Shown: piece after piece, positions 46,430-56,966 of the stretch
How the letters are laid out: each line of letters starts with the position of its first letter
Numbering within the stretch: the first letter of the stretch is position 1
Assembly: GCA_963675295.2 (NCBI GenBank)
Contig: CAXXKJ010000001.1
Coordinates: 64,001-128,000, forward strand
DNA from: a bacterium
GTDB taxonomy: Bacteria; Electryoneota; Electryoneia; Electryoneales; Electryoneaceae
Direction: 5' to 3'
Length of the DNA: 64,000 bases
The notes under the pieces: model-generated
The model's database searches: none
Seen by the model: the letters and a program-made list of their open reading frames with translations, nothing else
What the model was told of the DNA's origin: nothing
Made by a program: the position numbers and the translations under genes

Positions 46430-49400
46430 ATGATCACACGCAATCACAGTTGTGCCTTCTACAGTTTCCTGCTCGCAGCTTCCGCAACGCTGTTCCTGAC
46501 GACTTCCGCTTTCGCAGACCGGCTCTGGACCCCGGCGAACGGCGCCCGAGTTCATCGCAGCTATACGATTGACCATGAATTCGTCTGCACCAGCAGTCTC
46601 ACCGGCGACGAAGCACTGGTAATCTGGCGGGATGACCGGGACGGCGATCTTGGGCTGTTCGGCCAACTCATCAACGCTGACACGACCATGCTCTGGTCCC
46701 CCGATGGCGTGCGTCTCGCCCAGGCATACGGCGAACAACTTCCCGCCGGAGTCGTTGCTGTACCCGACGGTTGGGTATTTGTCTGGCTCGATGCCCGTAA
46801 TTCGCCAAGCCTGATCGGTAACTTCGAAGTCTTCGCCCAGAAGGTCACTTCTGATGGCACATTGCGATGGCGGGAAGATGGCCGCCACCGGCTGAAAGGC
46901 ATCCTGATCGCCCGCCCACAACAAGCGGTTGAGTACGCGAACGTGGTCGTTGGTGAGGATGGCAGCGTCTTCGTGTCGTGGCAGACCAGAACTCAACTCC
47001 GACTCACGCACCTGATGCCGGACGGCAGTGTTGACCCGTCCTGGCCGGAGGAGGGGTTGGTTGTCGCTGCACGGCAGAACGCGACGTTTCACAAGCCGCA
47101 TTGCCTTGAACCCGATGGTTTCGGCGGTGTGATTGTCGCGTGGAACGAGTTCTGGCTGACGCTCGGGGTCAATCGTCTCGCTGCGGAACGGTTTGACGCG
47201 TCCGGACGACGCTTATGGTCCGACAGCCGGGGCGGGCTGCTTACTTCGGTGGAGGGCGACCTTCGACGGTTGTCTGTTTCTGCCGACCGTCTCGGCGGGC
47301 TGTTCGCCGCGTTCACGTCCGGGGACTACGATCATCCCCGGATTCAACGTATCAGCCCGGAAGGGGTACGACTGTGGGGTGACGACGGCGAGCCTATCAC
47401 GACTCCGAACTACGGCGATGTGTCAAGCCTGCTGATACAGACAATCATCCCGGATACCGCCGTCGTCGTCTGGGATTTCCCGGGAGGACGTGCGCAGAAA
47501 ATCTCCGGCACAGCATCCTGCACTCGCTTCTGGCATGATCCGAACGGTACCATCGCCGAAGGTCTGACCATCAGCGACGACGATGTATACTGGTACGATG
47601 TGTTACCCGACAACGCGGCCGGTGCGATCCTGCTTTTTGATGAATCGATTGGATTCAACGGTGGGCCAATGGTGCAGCACGTATCGGGGGATGGTGTTCT
47701 GCAGCTCGGGCCGACAGAAGGCCGGTTGTACGCGAATTCCTCGAACGGATATCATTTCCGCGGCACCCTGATGCAGAACAATCAGGCGTATCTGTTTGGG
47801 TTTACGTATACGAATTCCGGTACGGACTATGGACGTATCTCGCTGTTCGACTACGACACAAGCCAGCACGAATTGTTGACGTCGCATTCGGGTATTGCCG
47901 TTACCCGGGAGTCGACGGGACCTGTGACCTACGGCATGTCCCTCTACCAGCAGAACACCCTCTATTCGCTGTACACCTTCGAAAAACCGTTTTCCCAGGA
48001 TACGACCCGACTGCAGGCGATGAATCCCGACACGGGCGAACGTCTGTTCGGAGACCAGGGAATCCGCGTGTTTGAGCCTGCCAGTACAAACGAAACCTAC
48101 CACGACAAGCTGAAGCTGGCAGCCGGTGCGGACGGTACCGTGATTGCAGCTTCGATTACTTTCAATGATTTCATGAGAAAGGTTCTCCGGCTGGACAAAC
48201 TCTCGCCGCAGGGTGAGCATCTCTGGGGACCGGAGGGGATCAGTTTCGCCACCGATCCGGAAGGCGAAAACATGCATGATCTCGAGCTGTTGCCGACGGA
48301 TGATGGCGGCGTCTGCGTCGTGTTTGAATACGGCGACAACGACAACAGTATTGGCGCCCAACGCTTTGACCCGAATGGCCAACCCATGTGGACCGACGGC
48401 ACACTTCCCTATCTGCCAATCGTTTACAGCTTCGATAACGTGTATTCACTTGACGCCATTCGCTTGCCGGACGGCAGCTACATCGTGTGCTGGGACACAA
48501 CCGAGAACCGATGGTACATCAACCTTCAACGATTTGACTCGGACGGCGAATTGTTGTGGGATGATCCGATCAGTTTCACTGGCGAAGCACCCAGCGTGAT
48601 TCTCAGCGATGTCCATCTACTCGCGGTGGAACAGGGGGTGCTGGTGACCTGGCTCGCCCACTTAAACGATCAGGGGGAACTGCGAGGCTGTCTGATTGGA
48701 TTTGACGGATCCCTGCTCTGGGGACCAGATCCCGTTCAACTGGTAACCGGAGATAACTGGTCCTACAACCATTGCACGGGTATCGCTTCGGCGGACGCCG
48801 GCAGTTTCTGGCTTGCGTGGGATAACACCTTGGAACAATTGCTCGTGCAACGATTTTCCATCACAGACGGCAGCCCGGTGCTTGATCCACCCGGCGGCGT
48901 TGTCCTCGCTTCAGCTGAATCCATCCGCGTGAGCCGAGACATTCTTGTCGCCAGCGACAACAGTCTGCTGCTCGCGGCGTATGTACGCAATGGCGAGACA
49001 AGCGACCTGTTCTATACCCGGGTTCTAGACGATGGATCGCCCGCTCCGGGTTATGAAACGCCGCAGGTATTATGCAGCGCACCCGCCGATCAGATGACAC
49101 CATACCTCATTGATGATCAAGCGGGTGGGGCGTTTGCAGTCTGGGTGGACCGTCGCGGCAGTACGGGCGACAACTACGACGATTTTGGCGTCGAGAAGCT
49201 ATACGCGCAACGGATCGGGGAACATGCACTCAGTGCGGTTGTCGCCTCCGAAAGGACGCCCGCCATTTCGTGGGAATTGCACCCGATCCATCCCAACCCG
49301 TTCAATGACGCGACGACAGTCACGGTCGAGTTGCCGCATGCAGGCTATTTGCGTGTCGGGGTGTGGGACATCCTCGGCCGTCGAGTGACCGATGTCTATC

Positions 49401-49531
49401 ACGGATTTACAGCCGCCGGGCCGCATCAATTCACCTTGGATGCGACCCTTCTGGCCAGTGGGGTATACTTCATCCGCGCCAATTTCGAGGATTCAGATAG
49501 TCAAGTGCGTAAGATCGTCTTGCTGAAGTAG
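46430..49531 (+). CDS. Large secreted repeat (beta-propeller-like) protein with T9SS type A-like CTD
   Basis: Signal peptide; recurring W.D.R / AQR...G..LWG..G / DG.GG..VAW blades; CTD HPNPFND...LASGVYF...KIVLLK. Confidence 0.75.
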   Translation: MITRNHSCAFYSFLLAASATLFLTTSAFADRLWTPANGARVHRSYTIDHEFVCTSSLTGDEALVIWRDDRDGDLGLFGQLINADTTMLWSPDGVRLAQAYGEQLPAGVVAVPDGWVFVWLDARNSPSLIGNFEVFAQKVTSDGTLRWREDGRHRLKGILIARPQQAVEYANVVVGEDGSVFVSWQTRTQLRLTHLMPDGSVDPSWPEEGLVVAARQNATFHKPHCLEPDGFGGVIVAWNEFWLTLGVNRLAAERFDASGRRLWSDSRGGLLTSVEGDLRRLSVSADRLGGLFAAFTSGDYDHPRIQRISPEGVRLWGDDGEPITTPNYGDVSSLLIQTIIPDTAVVVWDFPGGRAQKISGTASCTRFWHDPNGTIAEGLTISDDDVYWYDVLPDNAAGAILLFDESIGFNGGPMVQHVSGDGVLQLGPTEGRLYANSSNGYHFRGTLMQNNQAYLFGFTYTNSGTDYGRISLFDYDTSQHELLTSHSGIAVTRESTGPVTYGMSLYQQNTLYSLYTFEKPFSQDTTRLQAMNPDTGERLFGDQGIRVFEPASTNETYHDKLKLAAGADGTVIAASITFNDFMRKVLRLDKLSPQGEHLWGPEGISFATDPEGENMHDLELLPTDDGGVCVVFEYGDNDNSIGAQRFDPNGQPMWTDGTLPYLPIVYSFDNVYSLDAIRLPDGSYIVCWDTTENRWYINLQRFDSDGELLWDDPISFTGEAPSVILSDVHLLAVEQGVLVTWLAHLNDQGELRGCLIGFDGSLLWGPDPVQLVTGDNWSYNHCTGIASADAGSFWLAWDNTLEQLLVQRFSITDGSPVLDPPGGVVLASAESIRVSRDILVASDNSLLLAAYVRNGETSDLFYTRVLDDGSPAPGYETPQVLCSAPADQMTPYLIDDQAGGAFAVWVDRRGSTGDNYDDFGVEKLYAQRIGEHALSAVVASERTPAISWELHPIHPNPFNDATTVTVELPHAGYLRVGVWDILGRRVTDVYHGFTAAGPHQFTLDATLLASGVYFIRANFEDSDSQVRKIVLLK

Positions 49532-49570
49532 CGGAATCTGCCTTGGAACAATGTCCAGGGACAGGATTCG

Positions 49571-50461
49571 CTACAAATCCCGCACAATCGCGATGCCGGC
49601 GCGAAGTGTGGACGTTTTCTGGTTGAACGCGTACAACTCCTCGCCGTATCCGCTGAAATACTCCGCGTAAATGTAGAAGTCCTCCCAGTCCCACGGCAGC
49701 TTCACACCGGCGCCAACCCTCACACTCGGGATGATCGGAACATGCACATACCATCGCGTCTGGTCGGGGTGCGCGCGTGGGTGGGGCAGGTGGCCGTCCG
49801 CGTTCTGCACTGCGTCGTACGCGATCGCCCGCTGGTTGTCCGTCACCCGGAATTCCACCTTGCCGAACAGGGATTTCGTCCGCACCGTGACCAGCCAGTT
49901 CATGAAGCCGAGATACGTCGGCATGTCCGGCGCCCAGTGGTGTTCCATCGCCGCGACCAGCCACGCCGATCCCTCGATCTCGAGGTAACTCTCGTCCCCG
50001 AACGGGAGCCACCACGCGCTGTACACCTTCCAGCGGTCCCAGCCACGGGAACTGTCGGACGCCGCGCCGTCGGACTCATGCGCCCGTGCCAACGCCAGCC
50101 GGTGCGGCAGCCACGGCTTGTCTGTCGGAACCTTCCAGCGCACCAGCACTTCCGGGTTCCAGTTGATCTCCTCGAACGGTTGCGAATCTTCTGTCGAAAA
50201 CGCCCAGAACGCCTTGATGTTCATCAGGAACCCGACATCGGGCGCGTAGGTGCTGTACTGGCTGAAACGCAGCAATCGGAGGTGGCTGCTGAGGAAGAAC
50301 TTGATGTCGCCGTTGCCGTCAAAAATCAGGTATTTCGGCTCATAGATCGCCAGTTGATCCTCGAACAACGTGTCCTTGTGGTTCGTGCTGTCCGCCATCG
50401 CGGTCCCAACTGTCAGCAGCAGCCCACCAGCCACGACCCAAACTGCCATCCATCTCCGCAT
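49571..50461 (-). CDS. pldA: Outer-membrane phospholipase A-like protein
   Basis: YEPKY, IKFFLS, SQPFEEINWNPE, HESDG...SRGWDR, YFSGYGEEL..FNQ. Confidence 0.75.
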   Translation of the reverse strand: MRRWMAVWVVAGGLLLTVGTAMADSTNHKDTLFEDQLAIYEPKYLIFDGNGDIKFFLSSHLRLLRFSQYSTYAPDVGFLMNIKAFWAFSTEDSQPFEEINWNPEVLVRWKVPTDKPWLPHRLALARAHESDGAASDSSRGWDRWKVYSAWWLPFGDESYLEIEGSAWLVAAMEHHWAPDMPTYLGFMNWLVTVRTKSLFGKVEFRVTDNQRAIAYDAVQNADGHLPHPRAHPDQTRWYVHVPIIPSVRVGAGVKLPWDWEDFYIYAEYFSGYGEELYAFNQKTSTLRAGIAIVRDL

Positions 50462-50689
50462 GCCCACTCCCCGGAACTCATCCCGTTGTTCGCATAGTAC
50501 TTATAATTCTGTGTAAAATGTAATCCGGTCCTCACGCCTGTGCAAGCGCTTATTGCAAAATGGCCCCGCCGCGATATACATGCAGCCGATTCGCTCAGGA
50601 GACACACAATTTGTTGTTCATGGTTGTATCCTCAGTTTGTGTAGCTCGAGATTTAGGCTTCCCTAAGGAACCGAGACAGGAGTTGACCG

Positions 50690-51436
50690 ATGCCGCAGTT
50701 CAACGTTGACGATCTCACCCTGTTCTACCGGGAGCACGGTTCAGGAACGCCGTTGGTCATCCTGCCGGGAAACACCGCGACATCCGTCTGCCATGAGGGC
50801 GAGTTGGAGTACTTCGGGGACCGGTTCCACACAGTCTCACCGGATTTCCGGGGTACCGGCAGCTCGTCACGGCTGCAACAATGGCCCGGCGACTGGTGGG
50901 AAATTTGCGCTGATGATGTCGTGGCGCTATTGGATCATCTCGGCCTCAAGCAGGCTGTCCTGATGGGCACCAGCGGCGGTGCGAACATCGCCTTGTTGAC
51001 CGCGATCCGGCACCCGGAACGTGTGCTCGCGGTTGTCGCGGACAGCTGCGTCGAAACCTACTCACCGGACAACCTGCGGCAGGAAGTCAAGCAGCGTGAG
51101 TTACGCACCGACAATCAGGTGCAGTTCTGGACCTGGGCGAACGGGGACGAGTGGGAGGCGGTTGTAAATGCCGACAGCGGGCTGCTACTTAACCTGGCGG
51201 AACAGGGCGGCGACATCTACCGGGGACGGTTGCCACAAATCAAGTGCCCCGTGCTGCTGACCGGATCGCTGCACGATTCATTCCTGCCGGATATCGAAGC
51301 GCAACAGCAACGGATAGCAGAGCAAATCCCGAATTGCCGTGTGGTTCAGCATTCTGACGGCGACCATCCGTTCATGTGGACCAGTCCGGACCGGTTCCGA
51401 GCCGCTGCGGATGAGTTCCTCGCCCGATTTGTCTGA
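50690..51436 (+). CDS. Alpha/beta-fold hydrolase
   Basis: GSGTPLVILPG, PDFRGTGSS, nucleophile GTSGG, C-terminal GDHPF. Confidence 0.88.
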   Translation: MPQFNVDDLTLFYREHGSGTPLVILPGNTATSVCHEGELEYFGDRFHTVSPDFRGTGSSSRLQQWPGDWWEICADDVVALLDHLGLKQAVLMGTSGGANIALLTAIRHPERVLAVVADSCVETYSPDNLRQEVKQRELRTDNQVQFWTWANGDEWEAVVNADSGLLLNLAEQGGDIYRGRLPQIKCPVLLTGSLHDSFLPDIEAQQQRIAEQIPNCRVVQHSDGDHPFMWTSPDRFRAAADEFLARFV

Positions 51437-51465
51437 CACGGTGTGCGTCGAACAGTAGTCAGAAG

Positions 51466-52818
51466 CTACCCGGACCGTCCATCACCAACTTCCAGGTCGA
51501 TCTCCAGCGCCTGCATCTTGCGGTAGAGGGTGCTCGGGTCGATGCCGAGCTGGGCGGCCGTTTTGCCGCGGTGGCCGTTGAACCGGCGTAACGCGTTCTC
51601 GATCAAAGCGCGTTCCATCTCCCGCAACGACATCCCCTCCAGCGCGGTCAGGCGATCATCCGCCTCGCCGCGAAATTCCTCCGGCAGGTGCATTGGTTCG
51701 ATCACCCCGCCACGGCTCAACACGAACGCCTGTTCGAGGATATTCTCCAATTCACGCACATTGCCCGGATAGTCGTAGGCGATGAGACGCGCGAGGGTCG
51801 CTTCGCTGACACCGGAACTGTCACGATTCTGCAGCCGGGCGATCCGTGCCAGCAGGTGATTGACCAGCAATGGGATGTCGCCACGGCGTTCCCGCAACGG
51901 CGGCAGCTGCAGCTGAATCACCCGCACACGATAGTACAGATCCTCACGGAACGTACCACGCTTCACGTCGCGCTTGAGGTTGTGATGCGTCGCCGCGACC
52001 ACGCGCACATCCACCGGAATTGTCTCGACAGAACCCAGCGGTTCGATCACCCGTTCCTGCAGCACCCGCAGCAGCCGCACCTGCATCGCGGGCGAAATGT
52101 CACCGATTTCGTCGAGGAAAATGGTGCCGCCCTGCGCGCGCTGGAACCGGCCCGGCTTGTCCTGGTGGGCGTCGGTGAACGCCCCTTTCACATGCCCGAA
52201 CAACTCGGATTCGAGCAACGTGTCCGGCAGTGACGCACAGTTCACCGCGACAAAAGGCTTGTCTTTACGCGGGGACAGGTTGTGAATTGCACGCGCGAAC
52301 AGCTCTTTCCCGGTGCCGCTCTCGCCAACCAGCAGCACCGTGCTCGCGCTCTCCGCGATCTGCGGCAGGATGTCGAACAACTCCCGCATCGGGGCTGAGC
52401 GGCCAACGATATCCTCGAACGTGTACCGCGCTTCCAGCTCCTTGCGCAATTGTTCGACACGGCTGAGATCCTGCATCGTCTCAACCCCGCCGATCACATC
52501 ACCGGCCTCGTCACGCAGCAACGCCGTCGACAGTCGCACCGGCACACGATCCCCATCGTTGTTGACAATGTGCGCGACAGCGTTCATCACCGGCTTGCTC
52601 GATTCCAGCGTACGCCTTAACGCGCAACGGGTTTCGCAGATATCGGTGTGGAAAATTTCCCAGCACGGCTGCCCGAGTGCGTCCTCACGCGTCACCCCGG
52701 TCAACTGCTCTGCGATGCGGTTGAAGGAGGTGATGCGCCAGTCCGGATCGACAGTAAACACCCCTTCGTTGATCGAATCCAGGATCGTCTGCTCACGGTT
52801 GATCCGTTGCGCTGTCAT
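51466..52818 (-). CDS. PAS-domain sigma54 enhancer-binding protein (OrpR-like)
   Basis: PAS with C...C...C; [47 protein letters not shown], Fis HTH; start ATG 52818. Confidence 0.93.
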   Translation of the reverse strand: MTAQRINREQTILDSINEGVFTVDPDWRITSFNRIAEQLTGVTREDALGQPCWEIFHTDICETRCALRRTLESSKPVMNAVAHIVNNDGDRVPVRLSTALLRDEAGDVIGGVETMQDLSRVEQLRKELEARYTFEDIVGRSAPMRELFDILPQIAESASTVLLVGESGTGKELFARAIHNLSPRKDKPFVAVNCASLPDTLLESELFGHVKGAFTDAHQDKPGRFQRAQGGTIFLDEIGDISPAMQVRLLRVLQERVIEPLGSVETIPVDVRVVAATHHNLKRDVKRGTFREDLYYRVRVIQLQLPPLRERRGDIPLLVNHLLARIARLQNRDSSGVSEATLARLIAYDYPGNVRELENILEQAFVLSRGGVIEPMHLPEEFRGEADDRLTALEGMSLREMERALIENALRRFNGHRGKTAAQLGIDPSTLYRKMQALEIDLEVGDGRSG

Positions 52819-52859
52819 CGTCCCGTCCTCCGGCTTGCAGTCCGCCATAATCTGCACGA

Positions 52860-52918
52860 ATGATTCTTGCAAAATGCAAGAATCATGTTTCACGACTCGT
52901 GCAAGATACAAAAATCAT
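52860..52918. promoter_or_regulatory. Tandem enhancer (UAS) sites
   Basis: ATGATTCTTGCA-AAA-TGCAAGAATCAT (52860-52886) and degenerate copy GACTCGTGCAAGATACAAAAATCAT offset by 32 bp. Confidence 0.7.
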
Positions 52919-53000
52919 CTAATCAAGTACAACATGAAGCTCTCTTCGTAATAGCATTATAAATAGGTAAATACGGAGTTGCCAGTATGTGTACCAGGAA

Positions 53001-53016
53001 TTGGCCCGCTTTCTGC
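53001..53016 (+). promoter_or_regulatory. Sigma54 -24/-12 promoter
   Basis: TTGGCCCGCTTTCTGC: GG-N10-GC, upstream of operon and divergent from the EBP. Confidence 0.7.
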
Positions 53017-53028
53017 CCTGCATCAGGC

Positions 53029-53409
53029 ATGAAGGTGGCAATACCGCAATGGATGGGGCGAGTCTCCCCAGTGCTGGATGTGGCGAACCGGCTCGTGATC
53101 TGTGAACGGACCGAGCGTGGCGACATCATCCGGGAAGACATCCTGCTCGCGGACAACGATCCGTACACCCGCGCCGAAACGTTGCGTGCGCTGGGGATCA
53201 CGGAGGTGGTCTGCGGAACCTTGTCGCGCGGTTTGCGGCGGGCGCTGCAGGCGGCCGGGATTGACATCTACCCGCATGTGCGGGGCGACATCGAGCAGGT
53301 GGTGGACGCCTGTCTGAACGGATCCATCGCGAGTGACGACTTCCGCATGCCCGGCTGCGGGCATGGGCGGCGGCACGGCATGCGCCACCGTCGGGGACGA
53401 CACCGGTAA
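53029..53409 (+). CDS. NifB/NifX-family protein
   Basis: MKVAIP..GRVSPVLDVA...VVCGTLS...FRMPGCG, Arg/Gly tail. Confidence 0.85.
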   Translation: MKVAIPQWMGRVSPVLDVANRLVICERTERGDIIREDILLADNDPYTRAETLRALGITEVVCGTLSRGLRRALQAAGIDIYPHVRGDIEQVVDACLNGSIASDDFRMPGCGHGRRHGMRHRRGRHR

Positions 53410-53438
53410 CACAACAAGAAATACGAAGGAGCAGAACG

Positions 53439-53837
53439 ATGGCAAAGGGAAACAAGAAAGGCCCGTACAATCAGGGACCGATGACCGGCCGTGGAATGGG
53501 CTACTGCGCCGGTTTCCATGAACCGGGCTACATGAACCCCGGTTTCGGCGGTGGACGCGGCCGTGGGTTTGGTGGCGGCGGAGGCATGGGCTGGCGTCAC
53601 GGTCAGGGCGGCGGCGGTGGACGTGGTCGCGGCTTTGGCTGGGGCGGCGGCATGGGACGCGGATTCCATCCCGGTATGGCAGTGCCGCCGTGGGCGGAAC
53701 AGGGCTATCCGGGCTACGAGGACGAGGATGAACTCGAGTTCCTCAAAACGCAGGCGAAGTCGTACGAGAGCGACCTCAAGACGATTCGCAAGCGGATGGA
53801 TTCGCTCGAACGCGACATGAAGCAGGACAAGGACTAA
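53439..53837 (+). CDS. DUF5320-family Gly/Arg-rich protein
   Basis: GP..QGPMTGRGMGYCAG...GGGRG...C-terminal coiled coil ELEFLK.QA. Confidence 0.82.
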   Translation: MAKGNKKGPYNQGPMTGRGMGYCAGFHEPGYMNPGFGGGRGRGFGGGGGMGWRHGQGGGGGRGRGFGWGGGMGRGFHPGMAVPPWAEQGYPGYEDEDELEFLKTQAKSYESDLKTIRKRMDSLERDMKQDKD

Positions 53838-53877
53838 CCGCCGGACCGGTTCACACCGTTTCAGCGGAGGAGGCACT

Positions 53878-54309
53878 ATGAGCCCGCGAGGACGAGGATT
53901 CGGCCGAGGAATGGGCGGAGGAGGCCGTGGACACGGCGGGGGACGGGCACACCGTCTCCGGGATGGATCCTGCCGGGGTGGATCTGTCCTTTCACCGGGC
54001 AACGTGGAACGGAACGCCGCCGCGATCAAGGCGGCATCCACCGTCGCGCTACCGTTGCTGAAGCTGGCCGGACAAGCCTTGCTGCAGGCGACGCGCGGCC
54101 TGCTGGAACGTGCGCGGCAACGCCCAGAAACCGCCCGGATTGAGACGACTGTTCGTTCGGCGAACCGTGAACTCGCGACACAGCAGGAACCGGAGCAGAT
54201 CGAGGTGATCGACGTGGAAGCGTTGCCTGTGGACGAGGACAACAAAGATGGCCGCTATCTGGATACGGCACCGCGGACATCTGTACGGGATTCCGGTGCA
54301 ACGGAGTGA
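53878..54309 (+). CDS. Hypothetical protein, Gly/Arg-rich N-terminus
   Basis: RBS GGAGGAGG; fits operon spacing; GRG repeats, RDGSC. Confidence 0.6.
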   Translation: MSPRGRGFGRGMGGGGRGHGGGRAHRLRDGSCRGGSVLSPGNVERNAAAIKAASTVALPLLKLAGQALLQATRGLLERARQRPETARIETTVRSANRELATQQEPEQIEVIDVEALPVDEDNKDGRYLDTAPRTSVRDSGATE

Positions 54310-54311
54310 GG

Positions 54312-54674
54312 ATGACCATGCGAATTGCATTCACAACATCCGGCGATTCGTTGCAGGCAGCATTCGAACCTCATGTCGCACGGGCGAGTCACATCCTGCT
54401 GTACGACAGATCCAGTGGGATGTTCGAGGTCCTGCCGGGTTGCCAGCCCGCAAGCCGGGACCAGCAACCCGGGGTGCAGCTCGCGCACGCTTTGCAACGG
54501 ATCGGCGTCGATACACTGGTGACCGGGCATGGTGACGCTCAAGACCTCCAACAGTTGAAGTCGGAAGGCATTGACGTTTGCGAACTGGATGCGACAACCG
54601 TCGCGGATGCGTTCAACCAGTTCAACGCCTTGCACGCGAAAGCGCAAGGAACGGCGTCAGCTCCGCAACACTAA
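54312..54674 (+). CDS. NifB/NifX-family (ORP-like, degenerate) protein
   Basis: MRIAFTTSG.SL...HVARA...PGVQLA...LVTGH. Confidence 0.75.
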   Translation: MTMRIAFTTSGDSLQAAFEPHVARASHILLYDRSSGMFEVLPGCQPASRDQQPGVQLAHALQRIGVDTLVTGHGDAQDLQQLKSEGIDVCELDATTVADAFNQFNALHAKAQGTASAPQH

Positions 54675-54740
54675 TGTCGAGCCGCAGCCTTGTGAATCCG
54701 ACTGGACCCGGACCTGTGCCGGGGTAAACCGAGGGGCAGC

Positions 54741-55184
54741 ATGACAAAGATCGCGGTCATCATCTGTGACCGGTACCGCAACTGCGGTGGGGGAAAGTGC
54801 TTCCGGGCGCTGCGGGAGCGGAAGGGCGGTTTTACACGCTATCCGGCGGATGAGGACGTCGAGATCGTCGGGTATTCCACCTGCGGCGGTTGTCCCGGCG
54901 GCAACATCGAGTATGTCCCCGCCGAGTTCAAGAAGAACGGCGCCGAGGTGGTGCATCTGGCGACCGGATTCGTGGTGGGGTACCCTCCGTGCCCGTACCT
55001 GGCCGGGTTCAAGACCTACATCGAGACGATTCATCACCTGCCGGTTGTGGTCGGGACGCACCCGATCCCGCTGAAATACCTGCAGGCACATGAACAGCTT
55101 CCCTTCTGGAAAGATTCCGGCATGCGAGAGCTTGCGGGCGAGCTGATGGACGAGTCGGCAGATACGATGGAAGCCTACAACTGA
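54741..55184 (+). CDS. CGGC-domain protein
   Basis: ICDRY..CGGGKC...TCGGCPG...HLATG...PPCP...VVVGTH. Confidence 0.88.
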   Translation: MTKIAVIICDRYRNCGGGKCFRALRERKGGFTRYPADEDVEIVGYSTCGGCPGGNIEYVPAEFKKNGAEVVHLATGFVVGYPPCPYLAGFKTYIETIHHLPVVVGTHPIPLKYLQAHEQLPFWKDSGMRELAGELMDESADTMEAYN

Positions 55185-55200
55185 TACGAGGACCAGCAAC

Positions 55201-55563
55201 GTGAAAATCGCGGTTACGACATCCGGTACCGATCTGAACGCTCCATTCGAAGCACGCTTCGGTCGTGCGGCCTGCTTTCTCATCTACGATCTCGAGCAGT
55301 CGGCGTTTGAAATCATCGACAACCAGGCGAACGCGCAAGCCGCTCGTGGCGCGGGAATCCAGGCGGCGCAGTCGGTGTGCCAGCGTGGCGCTCAGGTGTT
55401 GTTGACCGGCCATTGCGGGCCGAAGGCGTGGGATGTACTTCAGGCGGCTGGGGTTGAGGTGTTCAACATCGAGGCGACCACGGTGGCGAACGCGTTGGAA
55501 CAGTACAACAACGGATCGCTTACGCCAGCCGGGGGCGCCAATGTCCAAGGACACTGGTCATGA
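55201..55563 (+). CDS. NifB/NifX-family Orange-protein-like metalloprotein
   Basis: MKIAVT..G..L....RFGRA..FLIYD...GAGIQAAQ...LTGHCGPKA...NVQGHW. Confidence 0.88.
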   Translation: MKIAVTTSGTDLNAPFEARFGRAACFLIYDLEQSAFEIIDNQANAQAARGAGIQAAQSVCQRGAQVLLTGHCGPKAWDVLQAAGVEVFNIEATTVANALEQYNNGSLTPAGGANVQGHWS

Positions 55564-56087
55564 GCCAATCCCTCACCCTGCACCCGATCGGCGTCATCCG
55601 AAGCGTACACACCGAGCCGGAGAAGACACCGATCCAGCCGATGTTCGCGCAGGATTGCATCGGAACCGTCGTTGTGGACGAGAAATACCTCGACGCACTC
55701 GCCGATATCGACCGCTTCTCGCATCTTTACCTGATTTACTGGCTGCACAAGGCCGGACCGGTGAAGTTGAAGCTGAAGCCGTTCCTGAGTGACGACATTC
55801 GCGGGTTGTTCGCGACACGAGCACCGAGCCGCCCCAACCCGATCGGGATGAGCATCGTCGAGCTGATCAGCCGGGACGAAAACATCCTCGATGTGCGCGG
55901 CGTGGACATCCTCGATGGGACCCCGTTGCTGGATATCAAGCCATACACCGAACGGTTTGACAATGTGCAGACCCGCCGCAACGGCTGGCAGGACAGGTTG
56001 GACGACGAAACCGCGGAACGGTTGGGAAGACGCAACTACCAGCCCGCTCCACCTGTACCCGAACATGAAAATAGACGGAAGGATTGA
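55560..56087 (+). CDS. trmO: TrmO/TsaA-like SAM-binding methyltransferase (single domain)
   Basis: PIGVIRS, GLFATRAPSRPNPIGMS, DILDGTPLLDIKPY. Confidence 0.85.
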   Translation: MSQSLTLHPIGVIRSVHTEPEKTPIQPMFAQDCIGTVVVDEKYLDALADIDRFSHLYLIYWLHKAGPVKLKLKPFLSDDIRGLFATRAPSRPNPIGMSIVELISRDENILDVRGVDILDGTPLLDIKPYTERFDNVQTRRNGWQDRLDDETAERLGRRNYQPAPPVPEHENRRKD

Positions 56088-56093
56088 CCCACG

Positions 56094-56966
56094 ATGAAAC
56101 TCGTGATCGCCAGCGGGAAAGGCGGCGCCGGTAAGACGATGGTCGCGACCAACCTGGCTTGGACTGCCGCGCAACAAGGCATCGACACGGCCTTTCTCGA
56201 CTGCGATGTGGAAGAACCGAACGCCGCGCTGTTTCTCAAGCCGGAGATCGATAACGTTTTGCCGGTGCACGTACCGACGCCGGTGATCAACCAGGACGCG
56301 TGTACGCACTGCGGGCTGTGTTCCGATATCTGCCGCTACAACGCGCTCGCCGTGCTCAGCGACAAGGTGCTGTTGTTCAACGAATTGTGCCACTCCTGCG
56401 GCGGATGCGTGCATGTCTGCCCGGAGCACGCGATCCACGAGGAACCGCGCCTTGTCGGACACATCGACGTTGGCCAGTCCGGCACGCTGAAGGTCCGTTC
56501 CGGTGTGCTCAAGGTGGGGGAGGCAATCGCTCCGCCGGTGGTGAAGGCGGTGAAACAGCAGGCTGGCGACGAAACCCTGACCATCCTCGACTCCCCGCCC
56601 GGAACCGCCTGCCCGGCGGTGGAAACGGTGCGTGATGCCGACTTCGTGCTCTTCGTCGGCGAAGCGACACCGTTTGGACGGCACGATCTCGCGCTCGCGA
56701 TCGACCTCGCGGAAGCGCTGAAACGACCGTTCGCCGTGATGCTGAACCGTGCCGATCTCGACCATGGCGAGACGAAACGCTGGTGCGAGGAGAAGGGATA
56801 CAGCGTCCTTGCGGAAATCAACGAGGACCGGCGGATCGCTGAAACCTGCTCAAGCGGCGCGCTGGTCGTGGACACACTTCCCGACTACCAGGAGGTGTTC
56901 AGCAAACTGCTGGTGGATGTGAATGCGGCGGCGGGGATCACCACAAACGAACAGGTGCGCGGATGA
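56094..56966 (+). CDS. MinD-like P-loop ATPase with inserted 2x[4Fe-4S] domain
   Basis: ASGKGGAGKT, DCDVEEPN, CTHCGLC...C, CHSCGGC...CP, DSPPGTACP. Confidence 0.9.
   Translation: MKLVIASGKGGAGKTMVATNLAWTAAQQGIDTAFLDCDVEEPNAALFLKPEIDNVLPVHVPTPVINQDACTHCGLCSDICRYNALAVLSDKVLLFNELCHSCGGCVHVCPEHAIHEEPRLVGHIDVGQSGTLKVRSGVLKVGEAIAPPVVKAVKQQAGDETLTILDSPPGTACPAVETVRDADFVLFVGEATPFGRHDLALAIDLAEALKRPFAVMLNRADLDHGETKRWCEEKGYSVLAEINEDRRIAETCSSGALVVDTLPDYQEVFSKLLVDVNAAAGITTNEQVRG

Noticed and set aside
53029-55563. Nitrogen fixation genes
   Set aside because: Only NifB/NifX-domain proteins in ORP context; no nifHDK in the window
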